The notes under the pieces were generated by a model. The model had not been told where the DNA came from, made no database searches, and saw only the letters and a list, made by a program, of their open reading frames with translations. Below, piece after piece: positions 19,140 to 27,854 of a stretch of DNA of 64,000 nt. Source of the DNA: Aerosakkonema sp. BLCC-F183 (GTDB lineage Bacteria > Cyanobacteriota > Cyanobacteriia > Cyanobacteriales > Aerosakkonemataceae). Both the position numbers and the translations under genes were made by a program. Where the stretch lies: positions 20,868 to 84,867 of the forward strand of contig NZ_JBHFNU010000005.1 of assembly GCF_041929145.1 (NCBI RefSeq), given 5' to 3'. The number at the start of each line of letters is the position of its first letter. Position 1 is the stretch's first letter.

Positions 19140-19217
19140 ATAAAATTTGGCGATCTAGTCAGTACGCAAGTTTTTTTGACGGGTTTTAGTGTAGCAATAG
19201 ATGAATTTTTAGCTTGA
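19140..19217 (+). pseudogene. Remnant of the C-terminus of a Uma2-family endonuclease gene
   Basis: The translated tail …GDLVSTQVFLTGFSVAIDEFLA closely matches the C-terminus of Uma2 ORF 33581..34132 (…GEVVSTQIVLPGFSVAVNELLA); no upstream Uma2 body is present. Confidence 0.5.
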
Positions 19218-19491
19218 GTTTGGTAGTTTGTGCAACTGAGGGAAGTTGAAGTTGGATTGCAGCAAAGTAAATCGTATGTTCATTATTGATAGGTCGCGTT
19301 TCATGGCAATAAACTATCAACAATGAACAACAAACAGCCCTCAAAAAAGTTACTCTTTCTCTGAGACAGTTATTTGTTACATAAATTGTGAACTTTTATT
19401 ACGATATCTTAAAAAAAATATTGCAAACGTAGCCAAAACCGAATCTAAACTTTAACGTAGAAACTTATAGCAATGTTACGAGGAAAATGTC

Positions 19492-19803
19492 ATGGATAAA
19501 TTACAAAGATATCGCATGGTCTGCACTCTTACCTTTGGCGACATATACGGTCAAATCGTTATTTGGTTAATCGTCATTTTCTTGAGTTTAGCCTCCGCGC
19601 TTGCCCTATGGAGTAGCAGCCGCCACATTTATGCCCTAGCCACAGTTGGACTTATTCTCGTATTGTCTCTGCCCTTCTTGCTATTTGCCTTCGTGAGCAC
19701 ACTGCTGAACCATATTGAATTTGTCCCTTTAGGGCAAGAGGAAACAACTCGAACAAGCCCAGTAGCGGCACCTAATCAGGAAACCTTACGAGTAACCACA
19801 TAA
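19492..19803 (+). CDS. Small hypothetical membrane protein (2-3 TM)
   Basis: ORF with hydrophobic helices, upstream of sdhA; no motif recognized. Confidence 0.35.
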   Translation: MDKLQRYRMVCTLTFGDIYGQIVIWLIVIFLSLASALALWSSSRHIYALATVGLILVLSLPFLLFAFVSTLLNHIEFVPLGQEETTRTSPVAAPNQETLRVTT

Positions 19804-19956
19804 GCGGTCATGAGTAAACGATCGACAGTCAACAGTCAGCGGTCAGTAGAAAATATCACTTACAACTAACAACTGGCATCTGACATTGGCCAGATTTGTA
19901 AAGAACTTTCCCGCTTTTTGTTGGGGAAGTTTTTATTTGAGTGACCATAGATTAGG

Positions 19957-21705
19957 ATGACAGATATCAAACAAAATATGTTAGAACACGATGTAATTAT
20001 AGTTGGCGGTGGATTGGCTGGGTGTCGCGCTGCTGTAGAGATTGCTCGCATCGATCCCAAACTCAGTGTAGCTGTAGTCGCTAAAACTCACCCGATTCGA
20101 TCGCACTCTGTCGCCGCCCAAGGTGGTATGGCTGCTACCCTAAATAATGTCGATCCAGACGATACCTGGGAAGCCCACGCTTTCGATACGGTCAAAGGTT
20201 CCGACTATCTCGCAGACCAAGATGCGGTGGCAATTCTTACCCGCGAAGCACCAGATGTCATCATCGACTTGGAACATATGGGTGTGCTGTTCTCCCGTTT
20301 GCCAGACGGACGCATCGCCCAACGCGCTTTCGGCGGACATTCCCATCGCCGCACTTGCTACGCCGCCGATAAGACCGGTCACGCGATTCTGCACGAGTTG
20401 GTTAACAATCTCAGGCGTTACGGTGTTCATATTTACGATGAGTGGTACGTAATGCAACTGATTTTAGAAGATGCCCAGGCAAAAGGTGTGCTGATGTATC
20501 GCATCCGCGACGGGCATCTGGAGGTAGTTCGCGCTAAGGCGGTGATGTTTGCTACTGGGGGTTACGGTCGCGTTTTCAATACTACTTCCAATGACTATGC
20601 CTCTACGGGTGACGGTTTGGCAATGTCTGCCCTCGCGGGTGTGCCGTTGGAAGATATGGAATTTGTGCAGTTTCATCCCACAGGACTGTATCCGGTGGGG
20701 GTGCTGATTTCGGAAGCGGTGCGCGGTGAGGGTGCTTATCTTATTAATAGTGAGGGCGATCGCTTTATGGCTAATTACGCCCCCAGCCGGATGGAACTGG
20801 CACCCCGCGATATTACATCAAGAGCGATCGCACGGGAAATCCAAGCGGGACGAGGCATTCATCCTGATGGTTCTGCGGGTGGCCCCTTTGTCTACCTCGA
20901 CTTGCGCCACATGGGTCGCGAAAAAATTATGAGTCGCGTTCCCTTCGCTTGGGAAGAATGTCATCGCCTCCTGGGTATCGACGCCGTGGAAGCACCAATG
21001 CGAGTCAGACCGACAGTTCACTATTCGATGGGCGGTATCCCAGTCAATACAGACGGACAAGTTCGCAGTGGCGCAGATGGTTTAGTGGAAGGATTTTTCG
21101 CGGCGGGAGAAGCTGCTTGCGTTTCCGTTCACGGCGCAAATCGACTGGGTAGCAACTCGCTGCTGGAATGTGTGGTCTATGGCAGAAGGACTGGTGCAGC
21201 TTTAGCACAATACGTGCAAAAACGCAAGCTACCGGACATCAATGAGCAACGCTACATTACAGAAGCACAGAAACAAATTCGATCGCTCCTCGACCAAAAG
21301 GGAGAAATACGAATTGACAAGCTGCGTCAATCTTTGCAAGATTGTATGACTCAATACTGCGGCGTCTTTCGCACGGAGTCAGTTATGCGCGAAGGATTGG
21401 CAGAGTTAGAGAAGTTACAGCAGCAATATCAGAATATCTACTTGGATGACAAAGGTAAACTTTGGAACACTGAGATTGTGGAAGCTTGGGAACTGCGTAG
21501 TTTGACGATCGTCGCTCAATTAATTCTCACATCTGCCCTCAATCGACAAGAAAGTCGCGGCGCTCATTACCGGGAAGATTATGCCGAGCGCGATGACGAG
21601 AATTTCCTCAAGCACACACTAGCATACTATTCCCCTGCTGGCATCGACCTTCAATATAAACCTGTCACAATTACCATGTTTGAGCCAAAAGAACGGAAAT
21701 ATTGA
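19957..21705 (+). CDS. sdhA: Succinate dehydrogenase/fumarate reductase flavoprotein subunit
   Basis: FAD-binding [10 protein letters not shown], covalent-FAD His region [40 protein letters not shown]. Confidence 0.9.
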   Translation: MTDIKQNMLEHDVIIVGGGLAGCRAAVEIARIDPKLSVAVVAKTHPIRSHSVAAQGGMAATLNNVDPDDTWEAHAFDTVKGSDYLADQDAVAILTREAPDVIIDLEHMGVLFSRLPDGRIAQRAFGGHSHRRTCYAADKTGHAILHELVNNLRRYGVHIYDEWYVMQLILEDAQAKGVLMYRIRDGHLEVVRAKAVMFATGGYGRVFNTTSNDYASTGDGLAMSALAGVPLEDMEFVQFHPTGLYPVGVLISEAVRGEGAYLINSEGDRFMANYAPSRMELAPRDITSRAIAREIQAGRGIHPDGSAGGPFVYLDLRHMGREKIMSRVPFAWEECHRLLGIDAVEAPMRVRPTVHYSMGGIPVNTDGQVRSGADGLVEGFFAAGEAACVSVHGANRLGSNSLLECVVYGRRTGAALAQYVQKRKLPDINEQRYITEAQKQIRSLLDQKGEIRIDKLRQSLQDCMTQYCGVFRTESVMREGLAELEKLQQQYQNIYLDDKGKLWNTEIVEAWELRSLTIVAQLILTSALNRQESRGAHYREDYAERDDENFLKHTLAYYSPAGIDLQYKPVTITMFEPKERKY

Positions 21706-21730
21706 AGTTTGTCAGTTTTCAGTATTATTT

Positions 21731-21750
21731 GGGGTGGGCATTGCTCACCC
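21731..21750. repeat. GGGGTGGGCATTGCTCACCC hairpin repeat, copy 3 of 3, just after the sdhA stop
   Basis: Same family as 7335 and 14288. Confidence 0.55.
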
Positions 21751-21789
21751 TATAATTAAACATCAAGAAAACTGAGAAGGCAAATCTTG

Positions 21790-21981
21790 TCACTGAAAGT
21801 TATGATTATTTTCTTTTTCTAAATCTAAGATAACTTTGGCGACATCCTCAGCAATTTCTATAGCTTCCTGTACTGTTTTTCCTTCCGCAACCAAACCCTG
21901 TAAATCATCGCTGGTAGCGACAAAATATGCTTGCCCATCTTCAATGAACTTTTCAACCTTGAGTCTAATTAGTGTTTGCAT
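21790..21981 (-). CDS. HicB-like (UPF0150) antitoxin-family protein; no hicA partner seen
   Basis: 63 aa; YFVATSDDLQGLVAEGKTVQEAIEIAEDVAKVIL matches the HicB/UPF0150 pattern. Confidence 0.55.
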   Translation of the reverse strand: MQTLIRLKVEKFIEDGQAYFVATSDDLQGLVAEGKTVQEAIEIAEDVAKVILDLEKENNHNFQ

Positions 21982-22110
21982 TTACTTAACGTTTCTCTTG
22001 AGGTAAATACGGAATCAGTAAATCCGATCGGTCCGATCGCATTCACTACTGATGAGTAATTATCCTAATAACTTGGGATATTTAACATTATAGCAACTGC
22101 GATATCTGCC

Positions 22111-23157
22111 TCATAACTCATCCTCAATTTCCATATCCGCCGCTTCTAACTCAGCTTCCAACTGTTCCACAGTCGGCAAACTCCCTTGTAACCGCTCCGG
22201 TAAAGCCTCTCTTAATTGATAAGTAGAAACCCCGATCGGCTTATTCATATCCCGCAAAGCATATTCGACTATTTTTTGCTTTTTATTCTTACATAAGATT
22301 ATCCCGATAGTCGGCATATCATCCCGATGTTTCAGTAAATCATCCACTGCCGAAACGTAAAAACTCATCTTCCCTGAAAACTCTGGTTTAAACGCTTCTA
22401 TCTTCAAATCTATTACCACGAAACAACGCAAACGTAAGTGATAAAACAATAAATCGATATAAAAATCCTCCCCTTCAACCTCCAGATGATACTGACTGCC
22501 CACAAAAGCAAACCCCACGCCCAATTCCAGCAAAAAATCGCGGATGCGTTCGATTAAAGCCTTCTCTAATTCTCGTTCTTGCGCTGCTTTCCCTAAACTG
22601 ATAAAATCAAAGTTATAAGGGTCTTTCAATAACTGTTGAGCCAGTTCGGATTGGGGATTCGGGAGAGTACGAGAAAAGTTAGTATCAGCTTTTCCTTGTC
22701 GCCGATATAGCCCACTTTCTATTTGATGGACTAATACATTTCGACTCCATCCTTGTTCGATCGTTTGACGAATATACCACTCTCTCTCAACGGAATCTTT
22801 CACAGTATCCAAAATGCGGACATTATGCCCCCAAGGAATTTGTGCAACAACCTGTTGCACAAATTCAAAATCTCGGTAAGTTTCGGCAAAACTCCTCATA
22901 TACTTGAGATTGCGAGATGAGAAACCTTTCATTTCAGGAAAAGCTTTTTGCAAGTCATTCGCCAAACGATCGATAACTTTAGCGCCCCATCCTTGTTGCT
23001 GCTGTCGATTTAAAATATCTTGTCCAATTTGCCAATAAAGTAACACTAATTCACGGTTAATAGAAAGTGCTGCCCGTACTTGTGCATTGCGGATGCGCTC
23101 TTTCAGTTCCCGCAGAAAATCATTATAATCTTCTGGAATTGATAAACTATTCGCCAT
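22111..23157 (-). CDS. YhcG/DUF1016-family PD-(D/E)XK nuclease-like protein
   Basis: N-terminal region (LKERIRNAQVRAALSINRELVLLYWQIGQDIL…) and a C-terminal nuclease-like core typical of DUF1016 proteins. Confidence 0.6.
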   Translation of the reverse strand: MANSLSIPEDYNDFLRELKERIRNAQVRAALSINRELVLLYWQIGQDILNRQQQQGWGAKVIDRLANDLQKAFPEMKGFSSRNLKYMRSFAETYRDFEFVQQVVAQIPWGHNVRILDTVKDSVEREWYIRQTIEQGWSRNVLVHQIESGLYRRQGKADTNFSRTLPNPQSELAQQLLKDPYNFDFISLGKAAQERELEKALIERIRDFLLELGVGFAFVGSQYHLEVEGEDFYIDLLFYHLRLRCFVVIDLKIEAFKPEFSGKMSFYVSAVDDLLKHRDDMPTIGIILCKNKKQKIVEYALRDMNKPIGVSTYQLREALPERLQGSLPTVEQLEAELEAADMEIEDEL

Positions 23158-23389
23158 AGCCAGATCGATCGCATTGATTACCGCTCGCCCATTATCCCCC
23201 GATCCGCTCCATCACTGCATAGCTTCTTGGCATTTTTTCACAACCGCGTCAGGCGATCGCACTCATTCCGCAGCAGTCAGAGAAAAGGGTAGGGAGTGCG
23301 ATCGCTTCCCAAATTTCTCTAAAAATGAATAGATAATGATAAAATACCCCCTTGTCCTCTCCCAGAAGATAGATGTACAATTATTTATG

Positions 23390-23560
23390 TAAAGAAGGGG
23401 AGTAGCTGCTAGCCAACCATTAAGCTAGCCCATCTGAATCAACATACTGGCGATGAGCCTGGTTCAGATGACAAGTTTGTGAAGCTCTGACCGCTGTAGA
23501 GGTTGGGCTAAAGCATTTCAACACTTGCAAGCGAGACCTTCACTAAGTTCACATTTGAAG
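23390..23560 (+). ncRNA. Candidate yybP-ykoY (Mn2+) riboswitch in the 5' leader of the GDT1/UPF0016 transporter gene
   Basis: AAGGGGAGUAGC motif at 23393-23406 and CAUACUGGCGAUGA at 23443-23456 resemble conserved yybP-ykoY loop sequences as I recall them; internal stem GCTAGC…GCTAGC; two downstream hairpins (TTGAAGAG…CTCTTCAA at ~23565-23590 and GTGAGCTTGGTGAA…TTCATCAAGCTCAC at ~23601-23640) could be the expression platform. UPF0016 genes are a known yybP-ykoY-regulated family. Not verified against a covariance model. Confidence 0.35.
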
Positions 23561-23667
23561 AGTTTTTACGATCTCTTCAATCAAAAAGATGTGAGCTTGG
23601 TGAAGTGTTTTGGCATTCATCAAGCTCACTCAGGAAGAAGAGAAACACACCAGAGGAGTTTGAGAAA

Positions 23668-24285
23668 ATGCTGACAGCTTTTACCGCCGGTTTATTGCTG
23701 ATTACAGTTTCGGAATTAGGGGATAAAACGTTTTTTATCGCTGCAATATTGGCAATGCGTCATTCGCGACGGCTGGTATTTGCGGGCGCGATCGCAGCTT
23801 TAGCAGCAATGACGATATTGTCTGTTTTAGTCGGACAAACTGTGTCTCTTTTACCGAAACAGTACGTTCAATTCGCGGAAATAGCTTTGTTTGTCGGTTT
23901 TGGGCTAAAGTTATTGTACGAAGCCAGTAAAATGTCAGGCAAAGCCGAATGCGACGAAGCAGAAGAAGCATTAGCGGCAGTTAAAGAAGCAGAAGCGAAA
24001 ATGCCTCGCCGCCAAAGCAAATTAGCGGTTTTAGTCAAAGCTTTTACAATGACTTTTGTGGCGGAATGGGGCGATCGCACTCAATTTGCCACCATCACCC
24101 TAGCCGCCTCCTACAATGCGGTCGGAGTAACCACAGGTGCTATTTTAGGTCATGCCATTTGTGCGGCGATCGCAGTCATGGGCGGACGCTTCATCGCCCA
24201 GCGAATTTCCGAACGCACTATGACTGCTGTGGGAGGTTTGTTATTTTTGATCTTCGCCGCCGTAGCTTGGATAGAAGCTGTTTAG
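23668..24285 (+). CDS. GDT1/UPF0016-family (Mnx/TMEM165-like) putative Mn2+/Ca2+ cation transporter
   Basis: Two signature motifs, ELGDKTFFIAAILA and EWGDRTQFATITLAA, each within a 3-TM repeat. The ORF caller starts at 23605, but the MLTAF start at 23668 is more plausible. Confidence 0.8.
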   Translation: MLTAFTAGLLLITVSELGDKTFFIAAILAMRHSRRLVFAGAIAALAAMTILSVLVGQTVSLLPKQYVQFAEIALFVGFGLKLLYEASKMSGKAECDEAEEALAAVKEAEAKMPRRQSKLAVLVKAFTMTFVAEWGDRTQFATITLAASYNAVGVTTGAILGHAICAAIAVMGGRFIAQRISERTMTAVGGLLFLIFAAVAWIEAV

Positions 24286-24430
24286 GGGCTAGGGCTAGGG
24301 CGTCGGGGCTAGGGCGTCGGGGCTAGGGGAAGAGGGAAGAGGGGAAATATTAATTCTTCCGCTCCCCCACTCCCCCGCTCCCCCACTCCCCCACTCCCCC
24401 ACTCCCCCACTCCCCCACTCCCCACTTTCT
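24284..24430. repeat. Composite STRR-like repeat element, copy C
   Basis: (GGGCTAGGGCGTCGG)2 GGGAAGAGGGAAGAGGGG AAATATTAATTCTTCC (GCTCCCCCACT/CCCCCACT)x8. Confidence 0.8.
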
Positions 24431-25432
24431 TCAATTACCTTGTTCGGTGTTATCTGTATTCGAGTTACCATCTGGTGACTCTTCCGTTTCAGGGCTATCG
24501 GTGTCGGAGTTGCTATCGGGTGACTCTTGGACTTCCGGCGGTGGAGATGCAGATGCGAGCTGATTGATTTGGTCTTTATATTGAGCTGGAGCTAAAGACG
24601 CCGCAGAGGAAAACAGAGGTTGAGCTTCCTCATTTTTGCCTTGTTTTTGGAGTACGATCGCCTTAGCTAACACCGGACGAAAATCTTCCTTATCAGCTTT
24701 GATAGCTCGATCGAAAGCTGCGATCGCTTCTGGGTAGCTTTCCTGTTCCGCGTAAACTCTTCCCAGCATCAACCGCACCGAAACTTCATCCACAGTTTCC
24801 GGCTTAATTTGATTCAGCTTGGGTGCATTATCCAGCGTATCTTGCAACAATCCGATCGCCGCTTGCGGACGTTGTTGATCGAGCAACAAGTTTACCAGTC
24901 CATCCAAAGCCTTGAGATCTCCTGGTTTAGACTCCAAAATCGTGCGATAAATCGTCGCTGCTCCTTCAATATCGCCAACTTGCTGCTTAGTTTGAGCTAG
25001 CAGCACCGTGTATTCAGTTTGCTCCGGACTGAGTTTAGCGAGTTTTTCCAGGGGTTCGATCGTATCCTTTATACTACCCACTCCTAAGCGAACCAGTTCC
25101 AGCTTCGTGTCGATCAGTCCTTTGAGTGCAGTTCGATCGTCTGGTTTGCGCTGCAAAACCTGTTCGTAACCCCTAACCTGGATTTCCAGTTCTGCTTGCT
25201 TTGCTTGGGTTGACTCCACCGCAGGTGTCGCCGCCGTTGGGTCAGACGATTGCTCTTGCACAAAAGCTTGACTCAAAAAGGAAGACCTGCCAAGCAAAAA
25301 TCCACCTACGGTAATCAATATCAGAAGTAACCCCGCACCTATTAACCAGCGATTGTTATTTTTGCTTTGGGCTACGCGATCGCGCTTTTGGGACACATGA
25401 GTGCTTTGAACTCTAACTAAAGACATTATCAA
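24431..25432 (-). CDS. Membrane-anchored TPR-repeat protein, tandem paralog 1
   Basis: N-terminal TM, TPR-like helical repeats, Ser/Pro/Asp-rich tail; paralogous to 25458..26192 (shared …KEDFRPVLAKAIVLQKQGKNEEAQPLFSSAASLAP…). Confidence 0.6.
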   Translation of the reverse strand: MIMSLVRVQSTHVSQKRDRVAQSKNNNRWLIGAGLLLILITVGGFLLGRSSFLSQAFVQEQSSDPTAATPAVESTQAKQAELEIQVRGYEQVLQRKPDDRTALKGLIDTKLELVRLGVGSIKDTIEPLEKLAKLSPEQTEYTVLLAQTKQQVGDIEGAATIYRTILESKPGDLKALDGLVNLLLDQQRPQAAIGLLQDTLDNAPKLNQIKPETVDEVSVRLMLGRVYAEQESYPEAIAAFDRAIKADKEDFRPVLAKAIVLQKQGKNEEAQPLFSSAASLAPAQYKDQINQLASASPPPEVQESPDSNSDTDSPETEESPDGNSNTDNTEQGN

Positions 25433-25457
25433 GGCTGGGAAAGGATTGCCAGCAAAG

Positions 25458-26192
25458 CTAATTTTTTGCAGGAGTTGATTCTGGAGATGGGGTTGCTGCT
25501 GGTTTAACAGAGCTATCTGTAGATGGAGAAGTAGATGGAGAAGTAGTCGAGTCAGGCTTGGGGGCTGAGGTTTGAGTTTGGATCTGTGCGATTTGGGCCT
25601 TAACTCGCTCTTTTAACTCAGGTGGTGCCAAATCCGCAGCACTAGCAAACAGAGGCTGTGCTTGTTCCGTTTTGCCTTGTTGTTGCAGCACAATCGCCTT
25701 AGCAAACACCGGTCGAAAATCTTTTTTGTTGCTGTCGATCGCCTTATCCAGGAGCGCGATCGCCTCGTCGTAACGTTTCTGCTGAGTGTAAAAGCTTGCC
25801 AAGTCTATCTGCACCCCAACGTCTTTAGGATTGAGCGAAGCCAGTTTTTCCATCGGTGCGATCGCATCTTTGATATCGCCCAATCCCAATCCAGCCATTT
25901 GTTGACGAGTAGCGATCAATTGTCTCAGCGCCACTTGATTATCTGGTTCTCGCTGCAAAACCAGCTCGAAACCGTTCGCTCTAGCTTGCAGTTCCTCCTT
26001 TATCGCCGTCGCTTGCACCTGAGCGGATGTCGCCGATACCCCAGGCGAGCCCTGCTGAAAAGCCTGTATAAGGGGAACGATCGACGCCCCTACAAAAGGG
26101 ATGATTCCAAAGATCATCATTCCCAAAATCAACCAGCGACGGAGTTTATCTGACACACAACTCTTTTGAACTCTAATCACATTATCAACCAT
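25458..26192 (-). CDS. Membrane-anchored TPR-repeat protein, tandem paralog 2
   Basis: As above; …KKDFRPVFAKAIVLQQQGKTEQAQPLFASAADLAP…. Confidence 0.6.
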   Translation of the reverse strand: MVDNVIRVQKSCVSDKLRRWLILGMMIFGIIPFVGASIVPLIQAFQQGSPGVSATSAQVQATAIKEELQARANGFELVLQREPDNQVALRQLIATRQQMAGLGLGDIKDAIAPMEKLASLNPKDVGVQIDLASFYTQQKRYDEAIALLDKAIDSNKKDFRPVFAKAIVLQQQGKTEQAQPLFASAADLAPPELKERVKAQIAQIQTQTSAPKPDSTTSPSTSPSTDSSVKPAATPSPESTPAKN

Positions 26193-26525
26193 AGAGAAAA
26201 AGGTATAGTTAGCGCGGTCTGAGATTGAGATATTTCGCTCTGGTCATGGTTGGCAGTTTATTGTTAACTGCAATCAACCGCACCATAAACTACCACAAAG
26301 CCAAAATGCCGTAGTCTCAAAGAAACTTTGCGGATTGCAGCGAAAATTAATTGCATTCAGTAGAATAGGCACGCCGATCTCATCATCGGTCCGCGAGCGC
26401 CAACGGCAGTACACCTGCGGCGACAGTCCTTGTCGGCGAAGTTCCCGCCCTGTGAACTCCGGAGGAACGCGAGAGCGAATAGAGTAGTAGATACTAGGTT
26501 TTGACTTCTGGCTAGTACAAGGGAT

Positions 26526-27671
26526 TTGCAAAGGTTCTCGGTTATCGACCGGATTTCCTACCCAAGTCCAGTTTGTGCTTATCTCTCACTAGGAGCCAGA
26601 GGAAGTGTGTCTCCGCTGCAAGGAGTTCTTATGAGTCCCTCTCCGAATCAGTTCCCCCAGTCTTCTAGCGGTTCCGAACAAGCTAAGGCCGAATTACCGG
26701 TCGTTCGTAAGCCCAATCCACCCAAGCCCCCTGTCACCCAAGCGGCTACCCCTCCTACTCCCCCGGCTACAGCACCTACACCACCGGCGGCTGCCTCCAC
26801 GACCCAGGCTCCTACCCCTGCGATCGAGAAAAGCGATGCCAACATTTCTGGTGAGGTCATGGCGACTGAAACCGATAAGGATGGTGGGCGGCGGCAAGAG
26901 CCCATTCCGGCTCCCAGCGAACCGATGCAATATCGGGCCATTGGCTTAGTACGGGGCAAATATAGCCCCAGTGCAGAGCAATTTACGCGCGGTCTGTTAC
27001 TAGCCTCTGATGGGCAGGAGATCGATTCTGTGCTGTTAGGTCGCGTAATGAGTCTGGTGAAGAATCACCTAGATTTAGAAACCGAACACCTGTGGGTAGT
27101 TTATCCGCGAACGCGACAAAATGATGATGCTTTACACCTTCAAATTGTGGGAGTTTGGGAACCAGAAAACCTTGACAAAAGTTTGTCTTCCACTGACGAG
27201 ACATCGGCAAGCGATGTAACCGAAGCATCGAGATCGAGCAATTTAGAAGCTGAGAGTTCCCCCGTTGAAGATGGTTATTTTTCGATTCGCGGTGAGGTAG
27301 TTTATCAATCTCACGACGAACAAAAAATCATCGTCAAGATTAAGCAAGCACCGCGCAAGGAAGATGAAAAGCCCAAATTTTTTAAGCTCACACTCAAAGG
27401 TGTTTTGGAAAGAAAGGCTGTGGGATACTTCTGGGAATTCCATATCCAGCGACTGGCTAACGACCTCCTAATTCAGGAGGCCAAAGATATCGCATCCTTG
27501 CGTCCGAGTAAGCCCAGGAAACCTTTTAAAGGTAAAAAACCGGGTGGTAAAAAGTTTGGTAAATATCCAGGGCCAGGGGCTGGCAGCAATCGTCCAGTAC
27601 CCGCAGGCGCTAAACCTCCCACCGAAAAGCCAATTCCTCGACCGACGAAACGTCAGCAACCGAGTACCTAA
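26526..27671 (+). CDS. Hypothetical protein with a Pro/Thr-rich N-terminal region and a basic Lys/Pro-rich C-terminal tail
   Basis: Long ORF; the true start is probably internal (MSPSPNQF at ~26631); no domain recognized. Confidence 0.45.
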   Translation: MQRFSVIDRISYPSPVCAYLSLGARGSVSPLQGVLMSPSPNQFPQSSSGSEQAKAELPVVRKPNPPKPPVTQAATPPTPPATAPTPPAAASTTQAPTPAIEKSDANISGEVMATETDKDGGRRQEPIPAPSEPMQYRAIGLVRGKYSPSAEQFTRGLLLASDGQEIDSVLLGRVMSLVKNHLDLETEHLWVVYPRTRQNDDALHLQIVGVWEPENLDKSLSSTDETSASDVTEASRSSNLEAESSPVEDGYFSIRGEVVYQSHDEQKIIVKIKQAPRKEDEKPKFFKLTLKGVLERKAVGYFWEFHIQRLANDLLIQEAKDIASLRPSKPRKPFKGKKPGGKKFGKYPGPGAGSNRPVPAGAKPPTEKPIPRPTKRQQPST

Positions 27672-27847
27672 AAAAGTCAAAAGTCAAAAAAGGGAATAGG
27701 GGTTAGGGCGTCGGGGCTAGGGGAAGAGGGAAGAGGGAAGAGGGAAGAGGGAAGAGGGAAGAGGGAAATATTAATTCTTCTGCTCCCCTGCCCCCCTGCT
27801 CCCCTGCCCCCCTGCTCTCCTGCTCCCCCACTCCCCCACTCCCCCAC
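27671..27847. repeat. Composite STRR-like repeat element, copy D
   Basis: AAAAGTCAAAAGTCAAAAAAGGG…(GGGAAGA)x6 AATATTAATTCTTCTG (CTCCCCTGCCCCCCTG)x2 …CCCCCACTCCCCCACTCCCCCAC. Confidence 0.8.
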
Positions 27848-27854
27848 GGGTAGT

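Noticed and set aside
21982-22110. Possible hicA partner for the HicB-like gene
   Set aside because: There is no ORF of suitable size or YcfA-like sequence in the flanking gaps.
26193-26525. 330-nt gene-free region with small overlapping ORFs (possible sRNA, 6S or tmRNA)
   Set aside because: I found no match to conserved cores of RNase P, tmRNA, SRP or 6S RNA that I can recall. Left unannotated.
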